DNA from: Lepidodermella squamata
Lineage: Eukaryota; Animalia; Gastrotricha
Assembly (NCBI GenBank): GCA_047495785.1
Contig: JBLDXI010000031.1
Span: 1,240,001 to 1,304,000, forward strand
Direction of reading: 5' to 3'
Length of the DNA stretch: 64,000 bases
Within the stretch, counting starts at the first letter, position 1, and every line of letters starts with the position of its first letter. The notes under the pieces are model-generated. The model was not told the origin of the DNA, did no database searches, and was given only the letters and a program-made list of their open reading frames with translations. A program made the position numbers and the translations under genes. Of this stretch, positions 37,001 through 50,500 are shown piece by piece.

Positions 37001-39913
37001 TTAAGGTGGATTTTTCGTTCGCCTTTCTATCATTTTTGTCTCTTTCTGAGTTTTCATTTCAAGGGCCTGTTTTGATGGCTCCAGAGTGATTAGTACCAGC
37101 TTCTATAGTATCTGCGTGTCTCTTTTCGAAACAGATGCGATGAGCCTGATGCTGCTGCGGCCCGCCCTCGACTAATTAGCCGCGGCTAAGTCGCGTGATT
37201 GCCAGTGCGCGTGCCTGTGTGCGGCTAATCGCTTGGCAATGAGCCGGGATTATTAACTGCAACTGTAAAATGCTATGACACTGTTTTGTAATGTCTGTGA
37301 GATGAAAAACGAGCATCATCACCGCGGCATTGAGGCGAAATTAATCAGCCGTCGCTTTGTGCACCGGCCTGGCGCAAGCGCAAGCGCGCGCGTGTCGGGT
37401 GGGTGTCATCGCCCTCTGTTTCGGATTAAGGTGGATCGATTGAGTCACCCTACTGTTTCGATAGGCGGCGGTGATTTTCAAAGCGAAATTAAACGGTGAA
37501 AATATTTGAAATAAATCCAGGTGTTCAAGTACCGTAAAAAGAGCAGACATATTCAAATTTCATTGAAAAATTCACATTTTTGGAAAATTAGGCAAAACCC
37601 CAACTCAAATTTCATTTTATTTTTTTATTTTTTTTCCGAATATTTTAAACTATTTTCGAAGTTTTCAGTAATTTTGAACAATAATTTTTTTTATTATTCC
37701 CATTTTCCTTGTATGAAGTGCGTCGGTTGTTGAATTTTGAAGTGTGTGATTGAAAAATTGCATGGGCGCGACTTCATTTCGAGTATCTCCTATGTGTCTA
37801 GTCACCCTGCAACGCAGCGCATTGAAAGCCTCGGGCGCGCACGTTTTATTCGGATTAGAGGCTCGCTTCAATATAATAGCAGTTATTATCCTGTATTGTA
37901 TCACTAATTTTTGTCGTGTTTTTATGAAAACAGTGAAAAGGAGAAGTGGCTGATGCAGCAACGCGACGAAATCGAGAGGCAGTTGCGTCTACTTCTCGCC
38001 AAAGAAGGTGAGTGATTTTTCGCATTTGTAGAGAATCCTTAGAATGTCGAAAAAATTGCGCAACTCAGCCTCATTTTCGAGGACGTGTTCTGCCGCTATG
38101 ATGGCGATTGATTGATTTTTCATGAATTGCAAAATAGAGGCGTGACCTGGTAAATACATACGCTAAAGTTGGTGTCTGTTTCGCTAAGCCCGCAGCTAAG
38201 GCGGATTTTCGGGTATATAGCCGCGTGAAATCGATCGACGGCTTTTGCTTTTCAGATTATATCCACAGCATTGTTTGTGCGCAGTAGTATATTTTGAACG
38301 CCTCGTCATTATGGCTGACAATGGGTGATGTATCGAAAAATAGAGTCTCGCGCAGCCATTATCAGGCGCTGTTTGCCATTTGGATTTGGAGTTTTCGCCT
38401 CATGTGCGGGCGATTACCATATAGAACGGCTGCCGGCACTCACCCGTCGTCGGCGGGTGCTTAGCCGGCCGGATGAACCAGGGTTTGTTCCGGGTTGAGA
38501 AGTGGCGATACGCGAAAAGGAGGATGATAGGAAGAAGCCCGTCGTCGTTCTTTGCTGTGGGTTATTTATAGGCGGGCGGTTGTTACACGCCTCTCTAGAA
38601 GCCAGGGAAGCCTGCGATTCGCGTCGCATCGGTCAACGACAGCGAGCAAATTAACGACCTTGCCATGGACACTTGTGACTTCACTCTGTCCACCTTTTAA
38701 TTACAATTTGACGTAAATAATCGCTTCGAAAATGATCACGGAAAAAGAGTTAATGAAAGGATGAAAATGAGATTTAATAAGATAAATCCCATAGAATTCG
38801 AAAAAAATTGTTGTGCGCCAAAAATAGGAAAAATCCGAATAAAATTCTGAAAAATATTGCGATCGAGTCAGGATATTTTCGAAATTGTTCCTATATTTGT
38901 TCTCAATTTTTGGAATAATTTGGATTTTTTTAAATTTTCTGAGAAATTTTGGGAAAACCTGGAGACCTATTTTGAATTTTAGAAAATTCATAATATTATT
39001 TCGTAAATATTCCCAATATTCTATTTTGTTTTAGTAATAATTTTTTTTATAATTTTTCAGATCGAACGGCTGCGGATGCGGCGCTTGAAAGCGATCTGAT
39101 GAACCGGCTGCGGTTTGTTGTTCAAGAACGCGAATCGGTCGTCGAGCAGTTGGACCTGCAAACAGCCGAGTGAGTCTCAATTTTCGTAAAATTTCTCAAT
39201 ATTTGCGCCCAGCTGGTGCTTCCCGGCCTTTGATTATCACCCATTAAATTTCAATCGAAAAAGCCGCTAAAGGGCAGGGAAGAGCGCACGCTGATTTTGG
39301 TCGGTGGGTAAATATTTGGAAATCAATCGGTTGAATCGTCGCACGCCTGTATTTTCGAAATCGCGCCCTCGAGATGTGTGCGCTCAATTAGAGCGCGCGT
39401 GTTCGCGGGCAGCTGTACGCGCCTTTGTGCAGGTGGCCGCGCGTGGCTTTGACACGCCTCGGCATCTCGAGTGCCCGCTTGTTTGCGTCAAAAAGCGCCC
39501 GAGGGCCCACTCGCCATTTTACGACGCCTCGTTAACCTCTTGACCGTTTTCTTACAAGTTTTTTTGCCGACCAAGTGCCTTTTTATTGCACCGGGAAGTC
39601 TTTAATGTACTCCAGAAAAATTGAAAAAAATAATTGAAAATATTAATTTATTCTAATATTAATTTTAATTTAATATTAATTTTTGTAATTTTTTTCCAGA
39701 ATTGAAGCTGACGAGGAGATGTCGAGTAACAACCGAATAGTGATGCGGCAAGTTGAAGTGACACAAATCGCGACTGTTTCATCGAGTTCGCGACTCGCTG
39801 CGCCGAGCGGCCAGGCGCAAAATGCCGCCGATGTCGCCGCTTCGCCTCGCCTTAACAGATTCGCGCAGTCCGTGAAAAATTCGTGGCGCGGCTGGCTGTC
39901 CGGTTCTACGTGA
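25368..39913 (+). CDS. EHBP1: EH domain-binding protein 1; exon 1 at 25368-25505 or its duplicate 27933-28070, then approx 29247-30177, 33145-34589, 36098-36194, 37934-38008, 39061-39169, 39700-39913
   Basis: NT-C2 domain (KFNFTVS...KWEPHML...TRRSKKRSTK...PENLEFMVTFYR...DKEWNFVLE...DDDMQSVAS), CH domain ([31 protein letters not shown]) and bMERB coiled coil (LLQRLFVLVNRKDAIVRR...QLRLLL). The 3' exon phases are compatible, and the gene lies directly upstream of Otx. Confidence 0.9.
26468..27172 (+). CDS. Intronless trypsin-like (Trypsin_2/HtrA-fold) serine protease without signal peptide
   Basis: Catalytic-triad-like motifs FITCRHVV (His), WDFAIL (Asp) and GWSGFPVVNIYGKLIGV (Ser). Acceptor TTTGTTTAG ends at 26453, just before ATG 26468. 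Upstream exons cannot be excluded. Confidence 0.7.
   Translation: MSMNTLIDWAGEALQVAVDYGKGIKARTEKFVASVTVKDGSGNEVARGCAFCYTPNKPHFITCRHVVEPTDANGVKISNCQIFVSFVDGDGNKCLELARLLGVSPVDRWDFAILSCSAKATPTSHLCASMCGVRDYCYLIGCRPDSIGSRDIAFSIGMLSTVGFYEAVITAHADDGWSGFPVVNIYGKLIGVLVKGAGQTIISHVIQLSHVLNLFLTTYNARASPLDQADFFQG
30983..32257 (-). pseudogene. Antisense hydrophobic (membrane-protein-like) coding fragments nested in EHBP1 intron 2
   Basis: ORF 30983-31462 has hydrophobic stretches. An exon-like block from the acceptor at ~32258 reads DAIGLDSQKAAVYVALFFAIITFAGQVIRMARL. The two blocks are separated by a hAT remnant, and no family was recognised. Confidence 0.35.
31561..31666 (-). mobile_element. hAT transposase C-terminal dimerisation domain remnant
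   Basis: Minus-strand translation ACKLFLTLPVTTAANERSFSKLKLIKNYVHDRLS matches the hAT dimerisation consensus LTLPVTxAxxERSFSxLKLIKxYLR. Confidence 0.85.
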
Positions 39914-41673
39914 AGAAAAAAAAATATAAATAAATTATTTATTCCTCTTTGAAATAAAAAAATGATATGATTTGAAATTGTCCTTCTTTTTCTCGGCAAT
40001 TTTTGTTTTAAACAGCGGCTTCTGATCCTGTTTTTTTGTTATATAAAACGCTGATCGAAATAATAAAATAATACGACGGGAGTAGATCATTGCGGGTTTT
40101 TCAGCGTCTTATCCGGTGTAATTCGGATAAAAATTATCATCTAGCTGCGTTTTATAGCCGCTGCACCTGAGAAAAATGGTCGCGCGAGACCAAAAGTGTA
40201 AGATGCGCCCTGTCATAAAAACGGCGCGTGGTCGTAATAGGATTAGCGAGCGCGCAAATCCGCGCGCCACACACTCGAGCGTAGCCGTTACGGCCCTTGA
40301 ACACCGAAAAAATTCGTATTTTTATTTTCTCACCTACAACAGGTAATTTATTATCTCTCGTTGTGATATATTGTTATCATTAATAATAATAATAATAATT
40401 GTTTCACCTGTTGCTGATGCTGCTATGGATGTTATTGTTCAGGCAAGTGAACAGCAGCAGCAGCCGTGTTGAAAAATGTGAAGAATAAACATGAGCACAA
40501 AGGTGACGACACGCGCCGTGAAATCTTGTCACCTCTCGGTGGCCGCGGCACCTGAACACTGAAATGTCGCCGCCACTGCTAAATGATAATTGCCGGCAAT
40601 TGTGCCTTTTTGATGCGATGGGCCGCGGACGTGCTTTTGCAGCCGTGTTCGAGGTCACACAACGCCTGATGAAATTGTTGTTATCGCAGTGTCTCATCGC
40701 ATCTCATCCGCGTTGCAACACGCAAAATCCGAGGATAAGCTACCGAGCTAAGCTAACGGATCACATACGCACAAGTCTATATTTTCTCAATCTCCGAAAC
40801 ATGAGAAAAATCAGAATAGTTCGTCGAGAAACGCGCAAATTTCATATTGCCAAAAATCGAAATTTGGAATAATTTTCAAGGCGGAATATTTTTCCAAAAT
40901 TCCGACATTCAGGATATGAATAAAATGAATCCTCGCGTTGAAATTCGCGCAAGAATTGAGTTTTTTCATCATTTCAGTCACACTCCTGATGGCCGGCCAC
41001 CTTCCGAAAATTATGTATTTCAGCAATATGAGATCTCGCTGTTTTTCATCGAGTTCTGTTGAAAATTGATGTCTTGTCGGAGGTTTTTGGGTTTTCCATT
41101 ATTTTCGAAATTTAATTGGATGAGATAGTTTTCACGTGGCCTGCTGTGATTGAGTGTTGCGCAATCGTGTGAAATCTGGCCGTAGCAATTTCCAGTGGTG
41201 GTGGCATCATTCGGCGGTTCTTTGTCGGCCGCATGGTGTCATGTGGCGTCAAGTGGAGTGGGTGTCAACAACACACTTGCTCACACACAAGGCTCGCGCG
41301 CACCAGCCACTGAGAGGCGGATCATCCGCTTGTGCCTACACCCCCCGCACAGCTTTTTGCAGGTTCGAACGGCGAACGCTTGACAGGCCACGCGTTCGTG
41401 CGTTTTCAAGCAGGCATTCTTGCGGTTCCACCTAATCTCAGCGCCGGCTCCGTTTCACCTTTTGGACCGGGCGCCGCACCGCTCTCACTCGAGTTTTTGA
41501 GCCTCACTCGTTGAAAAATCGAGGCGCGACACCTCGCCAGCGAATAAAACCTGTCCGAAAACCGTCACTTTTTATGCAAAACCCATGCGTTAGTAAATCA
41601 AACCTGCGACAGTATTCGCAGACACCTGTTTGTCAGTCGGGGAAAATTATTAGCATTATTATGTTTTATTACT

Positions 41674-41745
41674 ATTGGCTAGCTTGTGCGCACCAACTCG
41701 CGCGCTGATTGGCCGGCGCGTTGAGTGCGCCGCGCTCTTATTGGC
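41674..41745 (-). promoter_or_regulatory. Three CCAAT boxes (ATTGGC on + strand) upstream of Otx
   Basis: ATTGGC at 41674, 41708 and 41740, spaced 34 and 32 bp, within a GC-rich block ~0.9 kb upstream of the Otx ATG. Confidence 0.45.
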
Positions 41746-42618
41746 CGCGTGTAATTCAACGGCGCCGCGAGGCTTCTCTAAGCAGCCGCCGCAGTTAGAA
41801 TCTTCTTATTTAGATCTAGAGAGAGATATTTCTTTTCCCAATCCGCTTTTTATCACGCTCAAGCTCTAATCGCAGGATTTTAATAGCCCGAGTCAATTGA
41901 GTTATAATACGCTTTTTTGTAATGTGGAAACCCTGGTTTGTCCGAACTGAATTATCCTGATTAACTTTAATAGGAAAAAATTCGACCGAAATTCGCGGAC
42001 TTAGTTAAGGATTTCAGTTTTATTGCGATGTCGTGTTAATTTCTGCCCGGTGGTGATCTAGGCCGGCCCGGGTGCGCAATCACAGGGCGACCGGGCGCCG
42101 CTGATCAGAACGCGCGCGCGCTAAATTGGGCGCACACGCTCGCTGTCAAATTACCACCCCGTGTGCCGATATTTGCGCGCCGGTTTATCGGCGTCCAATT
42201 TCGGTATCGGCCAGTTATTCTTCAGCGAATTGCTGCACACAACACCCGTAGCAGTAGTAGCAATCGGTGCTTGCGCAAGCTTCGCGCCTGTCAACAGGCA
42301 CTCGGCGACGGCTGGCGAGCATAACGCCACCTCTTCAGGCCCAAGTGCCTGTACCTCGCCCCAGTAGCCGATTTTTACTGTAGTCACCCTATACTGCGTC
42401 AATCACTTAGTTAAGTGCCTCTTCCTTCCGCCGGGCGTTGCGCAATTGTCTTTCAAGACCTAACGCACGGCTTGTGTCACCCTAACACACCGATCAACGG
42501 CTTTCGGAAAAACGCATTTCAGGATAACGAAAAATCCGCTTTTCTTACCATTTTAAGCCCATTAAAACACTCATCCGCGACTTAGTCCAGCCTAATTTTT
42601 TTCTTGTTTTACAATTAG

Positions 42619-44320
<1,702 letters not shown>

Positions 44321-45141
44321 AGGAAGATCGAAATACTAATAATCAAACACCCTCTATAAAGTATTATTATTAATATTATTAAGACCAACTTGTTAAGCTT
44401 GTTTTTATTATCGCACTGTAATAATAATTATTGTAATTATTTAGCTAAATTATTCTTGTCTCGTGTAACATTTTATCGCATCATTCCGAATAATTTTTTT
44501 CTCTCGTGTTTTTTCTACCAATGATGATTTATTGAGCGATCGATGAAAACAAAAAATTACAACGCACGCCAATCTCCCCCGTTGTTGATCGATGGTTTTT
44601 TATAATAAAAAAAATGTGAAAATTTTTTGTGTCTGTAAATTTCGATGAGTCTTGTGAATGATTTTTTTCGTCCTTTGAAAAATATTTATATAAAAAAATA
44701 TTATTGGTTAAAAAAATTTCTCGCGTCCTCTCTCCGCCTTTCGTCGTGTCGCCCGCCGCCGCCTGATTTTTTAGTATTATTATTCTGATATTATCGGAAA
44801 AAATCTTGTTTTTGCGATATATATTATAATTTCTTTTGAACACCGGATAACGTTGTTCTAATATCCATTCGAAAAAAATATTATTGTGTCTTTTTGTCGC
44901 GCCTCGCTTATTGATGGTGGATGAACTCACTGAGGATGGAACGCGCTTGATAATGATGATGAAATTGTGAAGAAAAACAGAATTAACAATGGCCATGATT
45001 GAATTTTAACATTTTTTAAAAATAAAATAGTAAAAACTCGTCAATTCATGCGTGCCTTTTTCAAAAATAAATGAGCCGAAAACGGAATTTCAGAATTTCG
45101 AAAAATTTAAAATTTAAATTGGAATAATTGAACGGTGAAAT

Positions 45142-45659
45142 GTCAACTCGTCCGCGACAAGTCATCCGGTGACAACTCATCCGCGACAACTCGTCCAGCG
45201 ACAACTCATCCGAAATTAAATAAATATTTAAATAATTATTTTTAGTGACAACTCATCCGGTGACAACTGGTCCGGCCCGGCCGAGTTGTCGCGGATGAGT
45301 TGACACTAAAATTAAATAATTAATTATTTTTTAATTATTTCAATTTTCGGACAACTCGTCCACGGACAAGTCATCCGCGACAACTCATCCTGAATTTACT
45401 AACTCATGTTATATTTCGAATTTCGGACGAGCTGACCGTGGACGAGTTGTCCGAAAATTGAAATAATTAAAAAATAATTAATTACTTAATTTTAGTGTCA
45501 ACTCATCCGCGACAACTCGGCCGGGCCGGACCAGTTGTCACCGGATGAGTTGTCACTAAAAATAATTATTTAAATATTTATTTAATTTCGGATGAGTTGT
45601 CGCTGGACGAGTTGTCGCGGATGAGTTGTCGCGGACGAGTTGACCGCGGATGAGTTGAC
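45142..45659. repeat. Foldback (long inverted repeat) element built of GACAACTCRTCCGC units
   Basis: Arms 45171-45365 and 45436-45630 are reverse complements (~195 bp, one mismatch seen) around a ~70 bp spacer. Each arm is itself roughly palindromic around CCGGCCCGGCCG. Confidence 0.9.
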
Positions 45660-47511
45660 GCCCCACGAATTGAACATTTAAATTTTTTAATTTATTTTTC
45701 GATATTTTCTGAATGCACTCTCTCAACAGGAACAAGATTGGCAGGAATTTACGCACGAAATTTCAGCATTTTCAGAGTCAAAGTAGAAAACAAACCCCGC
45801 AGTTATTTTCGCAGCCAATTAAATTTGTACGGCTTCTAAACCGTTAAATTACTTTTTTGCTTCTCATACGCATGCGACGGCCTTAGAAATGCCAAAAATG
45901 TCGCAGCAATTATCGGATAATCGACGCGTAATTGCCTTGATTTACAGGCGGCATGGCTTCTTATGATATTTGGAAGGGGCGTGAACCAACTTCTGAGGAC
46001 GCGAGGTCCCTATTTCGTGCATATGGTGATGAGGTGAGTCTTGTGACAGCAATGAATTGACGATATATTAATTGGCTGTCGCATCTTTGAAGCACCGCAA
46101 TCAGCGAAATGCGGGCCGCCGCGAATCCTCACCAAGGTGCGATGATTAGCCTGTCGAATTAAGGTCATATTGCTACCAGCCGTGCAGACAGTATTTTAAC
46201 GACACTGTCCGAAGCTGAGTGCCTGATTGAAAGCAAAAGATAAAATAATTTTTTTTTCAAATTTTCAAATAAAAAAGCAATTAATTTTCTATTTGAAGGG
46301 TGAAAATGTTCTGAGTGTATTCTTACATGAGTATATCATTAGAACTTTGGTCTGGGCGTTTCCATACAGCGTTGCTCTCTGAGTTATCGAAAAAAATCTG
46401 ACGATTGATTAATTCAGGGCATTTTCCTGAAGTTCGGGTGAAAATCGGACCTGGACTCAGCACACAGTCCTGATTTCGGCCAATTTTCAGGTTTTTACTA
46501 AGAATTTTTTGAGAAAAATTGGCAAAAACAGGATTGTAGTTCCTGAACTATCGAAATCCGCTTTCTGCAAGTCCGGACGATTTTATTGTACTATGGCTAA
46601 TTTTGTAGTCACCTAGACACCGGTGCGGCCGGAATAAGCGGCGGGGTGCCCTAACTTCGGCCCTTTCATCCAAGTAATTTATTATACCATAAGTTTGGTA
46701 TCGTTGGGTTCCTCCCAAAAAACTGAATTTAGAAACAGCCTTTGTCGCTTATCAACTCGTGAGCTTTCAATTGACGACAAGATGCGTGAGTCAACCGCCC
46801 AAAATTAGGTCGCAGCGTCCCGACTTTGGGAAGTGGCCGAAATTAGGGCGCGGTACAATACCGTTTCGAATATCGTTATCAAAACAACCACTTGGATGAC
46901 TCATTCGATCGTATTTTCAGTCGCCTGACGTATTGACGAAGTACGTTAGGCTTATTGAGCACCGATTTTTCATATATCAAACGTACTTTCCATATAAAAT
47001 CTATAAATAGCAAAGTGGTTGTTTTGGCGCGTCGGTAACGATGTGCAAATGAGCGTCCCAAATTAGCCGCTAATTGTCAATAATGTTTTAGATCGTCAAA
47101 AAATCGTAAAAATCGAAAAATTACCAGAATTTGCAGAAAAATCGGGAATCACATGACACATCTTTGTCTCAAGTAATAATATTATAATAAATTTCCGAAT
47201 CAGGACGATTTTTGATCCACAAAAAAATGTTTTTTCCTCCAAAATTAAGCTACCCTAAATCTAGTTGAATTCAGTTGAAGAGCATGAAAAAATTAGTTGC
47301 GCTAAAAAAGTGAATTTAAAAGCAAGTTGTTTACGTGCTACATGTGTATTACGTGACTTGCACACGCGCTCATTTTCGATTTCCGTTCTCAAACTTTCAA
47401 TATCACGCGTCGCTCGAGAACAAGGGCTGGGAATAAAACGGACGACGTAAGCAGTAGTGTTTAAAACATTGAATTTCACAATTCGTTTTTTTCTCTGAAA
47501 TTCACAAAAAC

Positions 47512-50500
47512 ATGATTTATCGACCAACAACAGCGCTAATAATGTGTGCAATCATTATGGTTTGCGACAGCGCTGTTTTGTCAAATCCGGACTCGCCAGA
47601 TGGCGAAGATGTGACGTTCACAACTGGCGATTCTTTCGACCCTAATAGCCCGAATGCCAATCCATGGCCTCAGCCGGTTGTTTACTGGTATTCACAAGAT
47701 TACTGGCAATGCCTTGATAATGATAATAATCTTGTTTACGCCAATCCAGGTTTTTATTTAAATGTTTTTTTCCCAATACTTATAAAGTATGCGCAAAATT
47801 TTTTGCATAGCGTTTTTTTAATAACTTCGTAACCATGAGGAATTCTTCAATGCGGTTTTCGCCAATCGATAGATCTAGCCTGGGGTGAACTTTCCACAAA
47901 TTTCCGTTAGAATGGGGTTCGGGAGAGAAATCTGATGAGGAAAATGCTGTCCGCGACTTTTTGATAAATTCTCATTTTTGAAAAATGGCATTTTACAGGA
48001 TTTGAGGCCGATTGGCATAATCCTGAGAAAAGGCTTCATTGGAAAGTTTTCTTACCGAGAATTGGGTTCATAAAGCGCTGTCAACAGGGAAATTTGCCTT
48101 AGCGGACACAGGAAAGGGCTTATCCACAAACTGCGATCGGAAAATGATTTTGCAGAATTTTTGATTGATCTGTACCAATTTTCAAAAACCTTGAGTTTCG
48201 GATACTGATGCAATTTTTTTTCAAGCATGGGTGACTTGGATCCATCACGGACCATCTCCTAAAAACTCTTGAAGCCTCTGGCAAGAGAGGAAATCAACTC
48301 AGGCCACATCGAATGAAAATAATTTATTTTTCAAACATGAAAAAATTATGAAAAATGCCACAACGCATTTTTCGCTTAACTTCTTGAAGGTACATCTGTT
48401 TGAAACAAGCTTTTAGGGAATAATCAGACCACATCTACTCTTTAATTTGCTGAAAACTGCTTCTTCGCATCACTTATGGTTGAAAAGTTATTCAAAAAAA
48501 GCGAGGCAAAAAAATGTTTGCTCACACTTTAGTTATGGACTCCATTACTGATTTATGAATGAATGATAGTGCTAACAATAGAACAGATAAAAATGAAGTA
48601 AGGAATGAGTTCGGACTAGACTTCGGATTCGATCCCGGGAACTCCGAGGCTGAAGCCCTCTTGTCACACAATTGCTGTGTGACAGATTAGGACAGACTAG
48701 GGCGCTCCGGTCTCGCCGGTCGGAATTCCTGTGAATGAATCCGAAGTCTAGTCCGAACCCATTCTTTACTTCATCTTTATTTTTTATCTGTTCTACTGAT
48801 AGTCAGTGATGACTCATGCTGTAACTAGAGCCCACCCAACTCAAAGTTGTTGACAGCAACTCAAATCGCAACGCTTTTACCTAAGAGGTTACGGTGTTTA
48901 GTCGAGGCAAAGAGATTTGAAACATTCGACATTTTGTCCTTATTATTTATTAAGATGCGGTTGACATAGCCTTTTTCGAGGCAGCCAAGGCGGCGATCGA
49001 GGACTCAACGTGCATCAAGTTCCAAAAATCGGAGGTGAACCCGGGCGCCCAACGTGCGATAACCATTATCAAACTTGCGTAAGCAACGAATATGCTTTCT
49101 TCAGCTGTAATAAATATTGTTGTCGCATGTGGCAGAGCAGGAAGTCGTGCGTATCTCAGGCGCAATCAATCAGCCATCGTCACTGTCAATGTTGCAGACT
49201 CGTTAGACGTACGAGCTCCATCTTCATTTACAAAATTAATTATTAATTATTAATCATTCACAGACCACTATGTCACCGGCCTTTACTACGGCGCAACTTG
49301 GTTACATTCTCGGCATGTCTTTCGAAGCTAGGCGCCCCGATAGAGATGATTATCTGTCTCAAATCCGGTTTGTCATCATTTTTTCTCTGATTGATCTTTT
49401 TACTTAACTAAATTTCAAAAGAAAATTCCAGGAAGACTTTTCAAAATTGCTAGTAAAGTTAAGAAAAGTAACATAGATACTATATAGAATTATTACACAG
49501 CCAGATATTACCCAGCCAGATTTACAAGTGTTCCACAGATCGATGGTTTTGGATTTTTTGCAGGATTGTTGACTCTGATATAAACAACGCAATGGTAACG
49601 TATGATCAGCCGTTCGACTATGACAGCTTGTTCAACCCGGTCCGACGTAGTACTGCACCTCGACCATTGGTGCCGAAAGACTTGCGCTATCAGATGTCGC
49701 TCGGCCAAAAGAGGTACCTCTCGTTTCTCGATATCTACAAGCTGAACAAACTCTACAACTGCTTTGGTCGATAAGCGTTTTACTGATTTTTTATTTTGGG
49801 TTTTATGATAATTCTGTTATATACAGCTTGCCCCGAGAACTCACTGCCCTGCGAAAACGGTGGCTACGCTGATCCGAAGGTGAATTGTACCGCGTGCCGT
49901 TGTCCATTCGGGTTTGGAGGCAAATTGTGTCAGGCGAACGCCGAGTCGGAACCGTCGGGTCTTTGTGGTGGCGTCGTTCAAGTTAACCCATGCGGTATGG
50001 CTGAAATAAAATCACCAAACCACCCTGGTTTGTTCCCTAACAAATCAAGCTGCTCCTGGATGGTGAAGACCGTATGTTCGATTTTCGTTCGAAATGTATC
50101 GATATGAAAGTACCGTACTGCCCGGAACAAAAACCATGACATTTGTTTTTTCCAAACGCTGATGAACCCCTGACATTTTTAAAAGGGACTGACATTTATT
50201 TATTCGAACCAACTAGTAACTTGCCTGGGTACCAAAATGGCATATATTTTCCTGTGATTCTACGTATTTTGACCCAAAAAATTGGTCCCTGACCTTTCTA
50301 TAAGCCAGGAGTGGAAATTATCTCCATTCAAAAGGGCTATAATTACCTCATTAGTTATCTTCAGTATAGTCCCTGCAATTGACCTGACATTTATTTCGGG
50401 CCTGCCATTTATTATTTCGAACGACCTCTAAGCCTTTTTTTTTTCGGGCAGTACGGTACCTTGAACTTGTATATATACAGTAGAAAATCGTTATAGTGGT

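Noticed and set aside
45142-45659. Repeat units with spacers, superficially like a CRISPR array
   Set aside because: The units are 14-15 bp, arranged as inverted arrays with duplicated rather than unique spacers, in a eukaryotic genome with no cas genes.
46620-46860. Partial inverted repeat GCCCTAACTTCGGCC / GGCCGAAATTAGGGC
   Set aside because: Probably a decayed MITE, but termini and TSD cannot be defined.
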